A DNA stretch of 64,000 nt from Dehalococcoidia bacterium (GTDB lineage Bacteria > Chloroflexota > Dehalococcoidia > UBA2979): the NCBI GenBank assembly GCA_965262725.1, contig OZ253555.1, positions 2,080,001 to 2,144,000 on the forward strand. Reading direction: 5' to 3'. Positions 1 to 8,341 of the stretch are shown piece after piece (position 1 is the first letter of the stretch; each line of letters begins with the position of its first letter). Below the pieces are notes generated by a model. The model searched no databases, was not told where the DNA came from, and was given only the letters and a program-made list of their open reading frames with translations. A program made the translations under genes and the position numbers.

Positions 1-1
1 G

Positions 2-175
2 CTCCCGCTCGTGCTGGTGCTCGTGATCCGCGCCACCAACCCGAACTACCTCACCGCCTTCTCGCAGCCGGCCGGCCAGCTCGTGCTCGGCCTCTGCCTG
101 CTCTCCGTCGCCTGCGGCTACATCGTGATGCTCAGGCAGGCCGCGCTCCCGGGCCCCGGGCGGCTGCTCCGGTGA
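2..175 (+). CDS. tadB: TadB-like type II secretion F-family membrane protein, 3' end only (runs off window)
   Basis: Frame 2 reads LPLVLVLVIRATNPNYLTAFSQPAGQLVLGLCLLSVACGYIVMLRQAALPGPGRLLR*, a typical TadB C-terminus; stop overlaps the tadC start (GTGA). Confidence 0.75.
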   Translation, partial: LPLVLVLVIRATNPNYLTAFSQPAGQLVLGLCLLSVACGYIVMLRQAALPGPGRLLR

Positions 176-1116
176 GCGCCCCGCTCGTCCTGGGGGGCCT
201 GCTCGGGGCCGGGCTCTGGCTGCTGGTGATGGCGCAGCCGCTGGGGCGGCCGCGGCCGGAGCTCTCCGCGAGGCTCCGCCGCCTCTCGGCCGAGGGGCGG
301 CTTCAGCTCGAGGAGAGCGCCCGGGCGAGCGGCGGGCCGATGTTCCGCTCGGCGCTGCTCGAGCGGACGCTCCGCCCCCTGATCGAGGACGCGGGCAGGG
401 CGGCGGGGACGCTGCTCGCGCGGCTCGGTATCGAGATAGCGGACCTCGACCGCCGGCTCGCCCTCGCCTCGCCCGGGATGAGCGCGGCCCAGTTCCGCGG
501 GCAGCAGCTCGCCACAGCCGCCGTGACCGGCCTGCTCCTCCCCGCCATGAACGCCGTCGGCGTCCATCCGCTCGGGCCGTGGCCGGTCTGGCTCTGGCTC
601 GGGGCCGCGGCGGCCGGCTTCGCGGCGCCGAGCTGGCAGCTCGCAGCGCGGCTCCGGGCGCGCCGCGCCCAGATCGCCGCCGAGCTCCCGGTCGCCCTCG
701 ACCTCTTCGTGATCGCGGCGTCGGCCGGGCTCTCGCCGGAGCAGGCGCTGGTCGAGGCGGGGCGCCGGCTCGAGGGCGTGCTGGGGGAGGCGCTGCGGGG
801 CGTCGTGCGCGAGGCGGGGCTCGGCGCGGCCGATGAGGCCGAGGGGCTGCGGGCTCTCGCCGAGCGCGAGGGGAGCGCCGAGCTCCGCTCGCTCGCCTCG
901 GCCTTCGCGCTCGCGCACCAGCAGGGGCTGCCGCTGGGGCCGGCGCTGCTCTCGCTCGCCGAGACGGTGCGCGAGCGCCGGCGCGCCGAGCTCGTCGAGG
1001 CGGGCGGCAAGGCCACCGTGCGGATGCTGCTCCCGGTGGCGCTCTTCATCTTCCCGGTCTTCCTGGTCGTGCTGCTCTATCCCGCCGGGGTGGAGCTGCT
1101 CGGCCTGGGCGGATAG
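172..1116 (+). CDS. tadC: TadC / T2SS F-family pilus assembly membrane protein
   Basis: ELPVALDLFVIAASAGLSPEQAL and KATVRMLLPVALFIFPVFLVVLLYP motifs; tad operon context. Confidence 0.9.
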   Translation: MSAPLVLGGLLGAGLWLLVMAQPLGRPRPELSARLRRLSAEGRLQLEESARASGGPMFRSALLERTLRPLIEDAGRAAGTLLARLGIEIADLDRRLALASPGMSAAQFRGQQLATAAVTGLLLPAMNAVGVHPLGPWPVWLWLGAAAAGFAAPSWQLAARLRARRAQIAAELPVALDLFVIAASAGLSPEQALVEAGRRLEGVLGEALRGVVREAGLGAADEAEGLRALAEREGSAELRSLASAFALAHQQGLPLGPALLSLAETVRERRRAELVEAGGKATVRMLLPVALFIFPVFLVVLLYPAGVELLGLGG

Positions 1117-1148
1117 CGGACGGCTCGCGGAGCCGGAAGGAGGGTCTC

Positions 1149-1334
1149 GTGATGAGGAGAGGGATGCTGCGGGCGGTGCGGTCGCTCCACCGCGACGAGC
1201 GCGGCGCGGCGATGGTCGAGTACGCGATCGTGACGGCGGTGATCGCGGTCGTCGCCCTCACGGCGGCGCAGGCGCTCGGCAACGCCGTGACCGACGTCTT
1301 CAACGACATCACCACCGCGCTCGGAACGATCTAG
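1149..1334 (+). CDS. flp: Flp family type IVc major pilin
   Basis: 61 aa with RDERG|AAMVEYAIV prepilin cleavage/Flp motif and hydrophobic helix. Confidence 0.9.
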   Translation: MMRRGMLRAVRSLHRDERGAAMVEYAIVTAVIAVVALTAAQALGNAVTDVFNDITTALGTI

Positions 1335-1344
1335 GGGCACCCGG

Positions 1345-1731
1345 GTGCTCCGCGACGAGTCGGGGCAGAGCACGGTCGAGCTCGCGCTCGCGATGCCGTT
1401 CCTGCTGGTGGTGCTCATCGGGGCGGTTCAGCTCGCGCTCGTGCAGCACTCCGGGCAGGTCGCCGCCACCGCGGCCCAGGAGGGGGCCCGGCTCGCCGCG
1501 GGCGAGAACCACACGCTCGCCGAGGGCGCGGAGCGCACCCGCGAGCTGCTCCAGGCGGGTCTCGGCACGCACGCGGCGGGCTTCACCGTCACGGCGGAGC
1601 ATCGCGGCGGGTCGGTCGTGACGACCGCGAGCGGCCACTACCCGCTCTTCATCCCCTGGGTGCGCGATCTCGCCCTCGCCGTCGAGGCGCGGGCGGAGGT
1701 GCGGCGGGAGGGGTTCCGCAGTGGTCCATGA
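1345..1731 (+). CDS. TadE-like minor pilin
   Basis: DESG|QSTVELALAMP and AAQEGAR TadE motifs. Confidence 0.88.
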   Translation: MLRDESGQSTVELALAMPFLLVVLIGAVQLALVQHSGQVAATAAQEGARLAAGENHTLAEGAERTRELLQAGLGTHAAGFTVTAEHRGGSVVTTASGHYPLFIPWVRDLALAVEARAEVRREGFRSGP

Positions 1732-2170
1732 TCCCCTGCCCCCCGCGCGCGCCCTCCACGCCGACCGCTCGGGGGGCGTGCTCATCGAGGCGGCGCTCGT
1801 CCTCCCGGTCGTGCTCGTGGTCGCCCTGGGGGTGGTGATGGCGGGGCGCGTCGCCCACGCCCGCATCGGCGTGGAGGCGGTGGCGCGCGAGGCGGGACGG
1901 GCGCTCGCCCAGGCGCCGTCGGCCCCGGAGGGGCTGCGAGATGCGCGCACGCGCGCCCTCGCCGCGGCGCGCGGTTACGGGCTCGACGAAGCGACGCTCC
2001 GGCTCGATCTCGACGCCGGCTCCTTCGCGCGGGGCGGGACCGTGAGCGCCCGCGCCTCCTACCGGGTCACGCTCTCGGACCTGCCGCTCCTCGGGCGGCT
2101 CGACGTCACCGTCGAGGCCTCGCACGCAGAGCGAGTCGAGCTCTACCGCAGCCGGGCGGCGCTCCCGTGA
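1721..2170 (+). CDS. TadE/TadF-like minor pilin
   Basis: DRSG|GVLIEAALVLP and AVAREAGRA motifs. Confidence 0.85.
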   Translation: MVHDPLPPARALHADRSGGVLIEAALVLPVVLVVALGVVMAGRVAHARIGVEAVAREAGRALAQAPSAPEGLRDARTRALAAARGYGLDEATLRLDLDAGSFARGGTVSARASYRVTLSDLPLLGRLDVTVEASHAERVELYRSRAALP

Positions 2171-2604
2171 CCGCGGTGCGGGCGGCTCTCCACGCGGACC
2201 AGCGCGGCGCGGCCTCGGTCATGGTCGCGCTCTTCCTGCTCGGGCTCGTCGCCGTCTCCGGCCTCGTCGCGGACGGCGGGATGGTGCTGGCCGAGCGCCG
2301 CAGCCTCCAGAACCTCGCCGACTCCGCGGCCGCGGCCGGGGCGATGCAGCTCGACGTCGCCGCCTACCGCCGATCGGGCGGGGCGGTCTCGCTCGACGGG
2401 CCGGAGGCGCGGCGCGCCGCCGCCGCCTCCATCCCGGCCGCACCCGGTGTCTCCTACGACGTGCGGGCGAGCTCACGGCTCGTCTCCGTGCGCGTCGAGC
2501 GCCGCGTTGAGCTCGCCTTCCTGGGCGTGCTCGGCCTCGGCCCGCTCACCGTGAGGGCGAGCGCCGAGGCCGAGCCGCGCGCGGGCGTGGGAGCACCGCC
2601 GTGA
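2167..2604 (+). CDS. TadG-like pilus assembly protein
   Basis: DQRG|AASVMVAL..GLVADGG..LQNLADSAAAAGA, TadG N-terminal signature. Confidence 0.85.
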   Translation: MTAVRAALHADQRGAASVMVALFLLGLVAVSGLVADGGMVLAERRSLQNLADSAAAAGAMQLDVAAYRRSGGAVSLDGPEARRAAAASIPAAPGVSYDVRASSRLVSVRVERRVELAFLGVLGLGPLTVRASAEAEPRAGVGAPP

Positions 2605-3200
2605 GGTGGGCCCTCCTGCTCGCGGCGCTCGCCGCCTGGGCGCTCGTCGCCGGGGCCTGCACCTGCCGGGGCGGGGACGGCGGCATGGACGAGCACCAGG
2701 CCCGTCCCCGCGCGGAGGGGATCGTGCCGCCGGTGACGGTGGTGCCCGTGACAGCGATCCGGCCGTACCCGCCGCCGGAGCCGGCGTCCGCGCCGACCAT
2801 TCCGCCCCCGCCCCCCGCCGAGCAGGAGCTGCTTCAGGCCTACGCGCGCTACTGGGAGCTCTACGCCGGGGCGCTGCTCGCACTCGACGGGAGCCGCCTC
2901 GGCGAGGTGATGACGGGCCCGCGCCTCGAGCGCGCCGAGCAGGAGATCGAACTGCTGACGCTCTCGGGCCACGCCGTCCGCATCGACGTCGAGAGCGCCC
3001 CCATCGTCGGAATGCTGGATGGAGAGGAGGCCGTCATCATCGACCGCTACCGGAACCAGAGCTACCTGGTCGACGCGGAGACCGGGCGACCGGTCGCCGC
3101 TCGCGGCGTCGCCAACACGGTCCACGCCACCGTCTCGCTCGTACTGGAGGAGGGCGCCTGGAAGGTGCGCGACTCGCTGAGGGAGGAGGCGTCCCGGTGA
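2601..3200 (+). CDS. Putative lipoprotein, NTF2-like C-terminal domain
   Basis: Signal peptide with lipobox-like VAGAC, Pro-rich linker, C-terminal LVLEEGAWKV; coupled to both neighbours. Confidence 0.65.
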   Translation: MRWALLLAALAAWALVAGACTCRGGDGGMDEHQARPRAEGIVPPVTVVPVTAIRPYPPPEPASAPTIPPPPPAEQELLQAYARYWELYAGALLALDGSRLGEVMTGPRLERAEQEIELLTLSGHAVRIDVESAPIVGMLDGEEAVIIDRYRNQSYLVDAETGRPVAARGVANTVHATVSLVLEEGAWKVRDSLREEASR

Positions 3201-4114
3201 GAGCGCGCGCATGCCTTCCGGCCGCGGCCCTCGCCTCAGCGGTGCTCCTGCTCGCCCCCGCCCCCGCCCCCGCCCGCGCGGACGTGGACGGGGGATACGA
3301 CCCCGACGCGGGCGGCCCTCAGGTCACGACCGAGGTCACGGTCACCTCGGGCCCCGACGGCGTCACGATCTTCATCGAGAGCGAGGAGATCACACCCGGC
3401 TCGGACGGGAGTCCCGGCGGCGACGACACCTCCGGCGACGGAACCCCCGGCAGCGGCGAGGCCCCCGAGTGCCAGGCGGCCCCCATCAACATCGGCCACA
3501 CCAGCACGACCTGGGTCGTGGAGGGACTCCAGGAGAACCCTGGCACCTACCCCTGGGGGGTGAACTGCGACGACGGATCCTTCGGCATCGCCTGGGTCCC
3601 GACCGGAACCTCCGGGACGCCCGAGGTCGTGGCGGGCGAGCCGCCGCTCCCGCCCATCGACCCCCAGGTGGTGCGGGACGCCGTCTTCCGGATCGTGTCG
3701 CTGCCGCAGATCGCGGTCGGCGTGAACCCGGCGGTCGGGCTCGTCGCGGTGGAGTCCTGGTTCTGGGTCGACGGCTACCACGGCCAGACGCTTCGGGGCT
3801 CCGCGACGCTCGGGCCCTACGACGTCGACGTGGAGATCACGGCCGTCCGCTACCTGTGGAACTGGGGGGACAGGAGCTCCCTCTCGACGTTCTCGCGGGG
3901 GCTCGCCTTCCCCAGGAAGAGCACCATCCGCCACCTCTACGAGCGCTCTTCGCTTCAGGCCGGCGGGAGCTACCGCGTGAGCCTCCAGATCACCTGGGAC
4001 GCGACCTACAGCGAGAACGGGGGCTCCTGGCTCCCGCTCGAGCCGATCACGCGCACCTACACGCGCTCCTACGCCGTGAGGCAGCTGCAGTCGGTCCTGA
4101 CGACGAACCGCTAG
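3197..4114 (+). CDS. Secreted protein with PKD-like C-terminal beta domain (Tad-associated)
   Basis: GTG at 3197 inside the 2606..4114 ORF; signal peptide ending ARA-D; GLVAVESWFW, YLWNWGD, HLYERSS motifs of the kind found next to tad genes in actinobacterial mobile elements. Confidence 0.7.
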   Translation: MRARACLPAAALASAVLLLAPAPAPARADVDGGYDPDAGGPQVTTEVTVTSGPDGVTIFIESEEITPGSDGSPGGDDTSGDGTPGSGEAPECQAAPINIGHTSTTWVVEGLQENPGTYPWGVNCDDGSFGIAWVPTGTSGTPEVVAGEPPLPPIDPQVVRDAVFRIVSLPQIAVGVNPAVGLVAVESWFWVDGYHGQTLRGSATLGPYDVDVEITAVRYLWNWGDRSSLSTFSRGLAFPRKSTIRHLYERSSLQAGGSYRVSLQITWDATYSENGGSWLPLEPITRTYTRSYAVRQLQSVLTTNR

Positions 4115-4127
4115 CGGGGAGCGCGCG

Positions 4128-7100
4128 GTGACGGGGGCGGTGCGGCCGCCCGGGCAGGGCGGCGCCGGCCGGAGGGAGCGGGAGCCCGGCGCGCGCGGCC
4201 TCCTCGCTCTCCTCGCCTCGGGCGTGCTGCTCGCGCTCGCGCTGCGGGCGTGGGGCGGCGCCCCGCGGCTCCCGGAGTGGGCCGAGCTCCGGCGGGGGCT
4301 CGGCGGCTCGGAGTTGGCCGACGCCGACCTCGTGACGGCCGCCACCGCCCTCTGCTGGCTCGTGCTCTGCTACCTCGCGCTCGCGGTCTCGCTCCGGCTG
4401 CTCGTGCTCGCGGCGGCGCGCGCGAGCGGCGGGGCCGCCTGGGCGCGCGCGGCGCTCCGCGTGAGCAACCTGGTCACCGTTCCGGCCGTCCGGCGCCTCG
4501 TCGACTCGGGCATCGGCGGAGCGCTGCTCGCCGCGAGCTGGCTCCCGCTCCCCGCTCCCGGGACGGCGCCGCCGCCCCCGGCCGCCTGGGTCGCGGCTGC
4601 GCCGGTCGCGGCGGAGGCGGCGGAGGCGGCGGCGGACGCCGCCCGGGCCCGGCACCACGCCTCGTACACGGTCGCTCCCGGGGAGCATCCCTGGGGGATC
4701 GCGCGGCTCTGCTACGGGGACGGCACCCGCGTCATCGATCTCTTCCGCGCCAACTGCGGCCGGGCGGCGGCGGGTGCCGGGGGATGGATCGACCCGCGGC
4801 AGATCGCGCCCGGCACGGTGCTCGCGGTGCCGCTCCCGACGCGCGATCTCAGCGCCCGTGACGGGCTCCTCACCTACCGTGTGCGGCCGGGCGACCATCT
4901 CTGGGGCATCGCCGAGCGCTGGCTGGGGGACGGCTTCCGCTGGGTGGAGATCTGGGAGCTGAACCGGGGCGCCGAGACGGAGGAGGGGCTCCGGTTCACC
5001 GACCCGAACCTGCTCCATCCCGGCCTCCTCCTCACGCTGCCGTGGGACGCCGTCCAGACCCTTCCGGCTCCGGAACCCGATCCCGCCCCGGCCGGGTCGG
5101 GAGGCGCGGCCGGGGCGCTCCCGGCGACGGCGCTCACGGAGGCCGGGCCGGCGGGCGGCGCGCGGGCCGAGAACGGCTCCGGGCCGGCGCCTGTGGGTCG
5201 GCTCGGCGACCCGCCCGGCGGGTCGCCTGCGGAGTGGCTGCATGCGGCGCGGCCGATCGCGCTCAGCGCCGGCGGCCTCGCCGTGGTGGGCGGCGCCGTC
5301 CTCTTCGTGCGGCGCCTGCACGGCGCGGGCTCGCTGCGCCTGCCGGGCCTCGCCGCACGGAGAGGGGAGGAGCCGGGCGACGCCGGTCTCGTCGCGCTCG
5401 TCGCCGGCGCCCTGGAGGCGACGCTCGCGGAGTGCGGCTTCCCCGGCACCGCCCCGCTGCTCGTTCGCGAGGGCGCGCGCCGCCTCGAGGTCACGGTGGC
5501 GTGCCCGGCCGGCGACGCCGGCGCGCTCCCCGCGCTCCGCCCCGAGCTCGAACGCCGCCTCGCGTGCGACGTCGGGGCGGCGGAGGCGGGGCCGGCGCAC
5601 GTGGTCCTCACGCTGTCGTGGCGCGGGCCTCCGGCGCCCCCGGCGATCCTCGCCCCGGATGCGCGGCCGGCGCTCGTCGTGCCGGCCGGCGCGGAGGGGG
5701 ACGACATCGTCTATCTCAACCTCGCGGCGGCGGGCGGCGTCACCGTCTCCGGCGACGACGCGGAGCGCGGGAGGCTGCTGCGCTCGTGGCTCGCGACGCT
5801 CTCGGTGATGCGCTCCCCGGGCGATCTCGTCTTCCGGGCGGACGCCGGAGCCGCGCGCCTGCTCGGGGCCGATGCCGGGCTGCCGCACTTCGCGGGTGGG
5901 GCCGCCGGCGGAAGCGCGGCGGAGCTCGCGGCGGAGCTGGACGAGGTGATCGTGAGCCGCGGGCAGGCCGGCGGTCCGGCCCGCCCCCTCGTCGCGATCG
6001 TCGACCTGGACGCGGGCGAGCGGGATCTCCCCCTGGCCGCGATGCGTCACGGGCCCGCGTGCGGCGTGCACGTCATCCAGAGCCTGCCCGCCGCGGGCGC
6101 CTCGGAGGGCGCGCCCGCCGCGGGCGCCTCGCTCGCCCTCGGCACGGCGGCCCCGGACGGCGCCGGCGACGGTGAAGCGCCGCCCGGCGCGATCACGCTG
6201 CGCATCGGGCGCTTCCCGCCCCTCCGGCTGGATCCGGTGCGCGTGCGGCGCGACGCCTCGGCGCGGTGGAGCGAGGGCGCCCCGGTCGCGGCGGCGGCCG
6301 GTCACGCCGCTTCCGAGCCCGGCGAACCGCTCGCGCGCCGGACCGCGAGGGAGGGCCTCCCCGTGGGAGGGCGCCCACCCGCCGTCGACGGGTCGTGTGG
6401 CCGCGCCCCGGGCGGCGACCCGGTCGCCGGGACGGACGGCGGTGCCGGCGTCGCGCCCGAACAGCTCCCGGAGGCGGGTGTGCCGGACGCCCTCGAGCCG
6501 GACGCCCGCGGTCCGGGGCCCTCCACGATCGCGGGGAACGGCGCGCGCGATGCCGCGCCCGGAGATGATGCGCGCGCCGACCCGTCCGCACCGCTCGAGC
6601 CGTCGGCCGGCGCCCGGGACGTGAGCGGGCCCGGGGCCGGCGCGGGGCCGGCGAGTATGGCCGGCGCGCCGGATGGGCCGGCACCCGCGCCGGAGCTGCG
6701 CGGGCCGGCCGCCCCGCCCCGGGCGGGCGGGACGACCCGCCAGGGCGCCCTCTTCACGAGCGGGGATGCCGCATCGCCCGCCGCGGGCGCCACGGCCGGC
6801 GCCGGGCCGGCGTTCACGATCCGCTGCCTGGGGCCGTTCGAGGTGTGGCACGGGGGCGTCCGGATCACCGGCTGGCCGCGCGAGAAGTCGCGCGAGATCC
6901 TCGCCTTCCTCGCGGCGCACGGCGGAGCGGCGGTTCCCCGCGAGTCCGTCGCCGAGGCGCTGTGGCCGGGCGAGCCGTGGGACGCGAGCCTCCGGCACGT
7001 GATGACGAACGTGGCGAGCAGCCTGCGGACCGTCCTGCGCTCCGCCGCCGGCGACGATGCCCTGCAGCCGGTGGTCGGGGCGCGCCAGCGGTACCGGCTG

Positions 7101-7559
7101 CAGGCGCATCTCTTCCGCATCGACCTCGACGCCTTCGACGCCGCGCTCGCCGGCCCCGAGGCGCTCGCCGAGTACGAGCGGGCCGCGGCCCTCTACCGGG
7201 GCGACTTCCTCGAGGGGGAGCTCTTCGAGTGGCTCGGCGGCTACCGCAGCGACTACGGCCGGCGGCTGGTCGACGCGGCCGGCCGCGCCGCGTCGATCGC
7301 CGAGGAACTGGGCGAGCGGGAGCGGGCGGCTCGCCTCTACGGCGTGATCCTCGAGCGTGAGCCCGCCGACGAGCCGGCGGCGCGCGGCCTGATGCGCCAG
7401 CGAGCCGCCGCCGGGCAGCCCAACGAGGCGCGCCGGGTCTTCAACCAGCTGACGGAGGCGCTCCGGCAAGAACTCGACGACCCGCGGGCACGTCCCGGAC
7501 CGGAGACGACGGCGCTCCTCGCCGGGCTCGTGGCCGGGGAGGGGAACGCGGCGAGATGA
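4128..7559 (+). CDS. Membrane-anchored LysM-LysM / FtsK-like / winged-helix-BTAD (SARP-type) regulator
   Basis: Two LysM repeats (YTVAPGEHPWGIA; YRVRPGDHLWGIAERWLG..PNLLHPG), a TM helix, then IRCLGPFEV..REILAFLAAH..EALWP and a BTAD (YRGDFLEG..EPADEPAARGLMR..RPGPET). Confidence 0.85.
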   Translation: MTGAVRPPGQGGAGRREREPGARGLLALLASGVLLALALRAWGGAPRLPEWAELRRGLGGSELADADLVTAATALCWLVLCYLALAVSLRLLVLAAARASGGAAWARAALRVSNLVTVPAVRRLVDSGIGGALLAASWLPLPAPGTAPPPPAAWVAAAPVAAEAAEAAADAARARHHASYTVAPGEHPWGIARLCYGDGTRVIDLFRANCGRAAAGAGGWIDPRQIAPGTVLAVPLPTRDLSARDGLLTYRVRPGDHLWGIAERWLGDGFRWVEIWELNRGAETEEGLRFTDPNLLHPGLLLTLPWDAVQTLPAPEPDPAPAGSGGAAGALPATALTEAGPAGGARAENGSGPAPVGRLGDPPGGSPAEWLHAARPIALSAGGLAVVGGAVLFVRRLHGAGSLRLPGLAARRGEEPGDAGLVALVAGALEATLAECGFPGTAPLLVREGARRLEVTVACPAGDAGALPALRPELERRLACDVGAAEAGPAHVVLTLSWRGPPAPPAILAPDARPALVVPAGAEGDDIVYLNLAAAGGVTVSGDDAERGRLLRSWLATLSVMRSPGDLVFRADAGAARLLGADAGLPHFAGGAAGGSAAELAAELDEVIVSRGQAGGPARPLVAIVDLDAGERDLPLAAMRHGPACGVHVIQSLPAAGASEGAPAAGASLALGTAAPDGAGDGEAPPGAITLRIGRFPPLRLDPVRVRRDASARWSEGAPVAAAAGHAASEPGEPLARRTAREGLPVGGRPPAVDGSCGRAPGGDPVAGTDGGAGVAPEQLPEAGVPDALEPDARGPGPSTIAGNGARDAAPGDDARADPSAPLEPSAGARDVSGPGAGAGPASMAGAPDGPAPAPELRGPAAPPRAGGTTRQGALFTSGDAASPAAGATAGAGPAFTIRCLGPFEVWHGGVRITGWPREKSREILAFLAAHGGAAVPRESVAEALWPGEPWDASLRHVMTNVASSLRTVLRSAAGDDALQPVVGARQRYRLQAHLFRIDLDAFDAALAGPEALAEYERAAALYRGDFLEGELFEWLGGYRSDYGRRLVDAAGRAASIAEELGERERAARLYGVILEREPADEPAARGLMRQRAAAGQPNEARRVFNQLTEALRQELDDPRARPGPETTALLAGLVAGEGNAAR

Positions 7560-8101
7560 CGGCGCGGCGCCCGTTCGCGTGCGGCTCCACGCTCTCGGGC
7601 ATCTGGGCGCCGGTCGCGCTCGCGGGAGCGGCGGCCGCTGCGGGGGCCGCGCACGGGCTGCGCGGGCGGGAGCCGGCCGACATCGTGCTGACGGCCGTCT
7701 TCGGGGCGATCCTCCTGGTGCTCGCCTGGACCGACGTCCGGCGCATGGTGATCCCGAACCGCGTCGTCTATCCCGCGCTCGCGCTGGCGCTCGGCGTCTC
7801 CCCCGCCTGGACCGGGCGCGGCCCCGCAGCGGCGCTGGCCGGGGCGATCGGAGCGCTCGTGGTGCTGGCTCTCGTCCGCCGGCTGAGCCGCGGCGGCCTC
7901 GGCGGCGGGGACGTGAAGCTGGCCGCGCTGGTCGGAGCGGTCGTCGGCTACCCGGGAGTGCTCCTGGCCGGGCTCGTGACCGCGACCGCGGGAGGCGCCG
8001 TGGCAGCGGCTCTGGTCGTGGCGGGGCGAGCCGGCCGGGGCACCCGTATCCCGTACGGGCCGCTGCTCTCCCTGGGGGCGATGACGGAGTTGCTCCGATG
8101 A
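7556..8101 (+). CDS. A24 family prepilin peptidase (TadV/CpaA-like)
   Basis: WTDVRRMVIPN, GGLGGGDVKLA and IPYGPLL motifs. Confidence 0.9.
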   Translation: MTARRPFACGSTLSGIWAPVALAGAAAAAGAAHGLRGREPADIVLTAVFGAILLVLAWTDVRRMVIPNRVVYPALALALGVSPAWTGRGPAAALAGAIGALVVLALVRRLSRGGLGGGDVKLAALVGAVVGYPGVLLAGLVTATAGGAVAAALVVAGRAGRGTRIPYGPLLSLGAMTELLR

Positions 8102-8341
8102 GTCCCCTTGCGCGGCCGCTGTCGCACGTCACGGCGGCGATGCGGCCGACGTCCGTCCCACAGTCGGTACTCAGCACCACTGGCGCGGGCAAGTGGAGGG
8201 ACGATGAGGCGAACGAGGACTTCGGCAGGTTCTCCGAACTCGTTCGGTGAGCTGCAGAGGAGGGAGCCCAGGGCCGCTACCGGCGGGGAGGAGGATCGAG
8301 GAGGGAGCCCAAGTCGTCACGTCGCGTGATCCCGTTGTGCT

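Noticed and set aside
4047-8192. Very long minus-strand ORFs (1381 aa here; also 20344-22929, 23971-26568, 26292-28271)
   Set aside because: Shadow frames of real plus-strand genes in high-GC DNA; low-complexity R/P/G/A composition and no motifs
8257-8311. 14-bp direct repeat GAGGAGGGAGCCCA with a 27-bp spacer
   Set aside because: Only two copies, non-palindromic, no cas genes; not a CRISPR array
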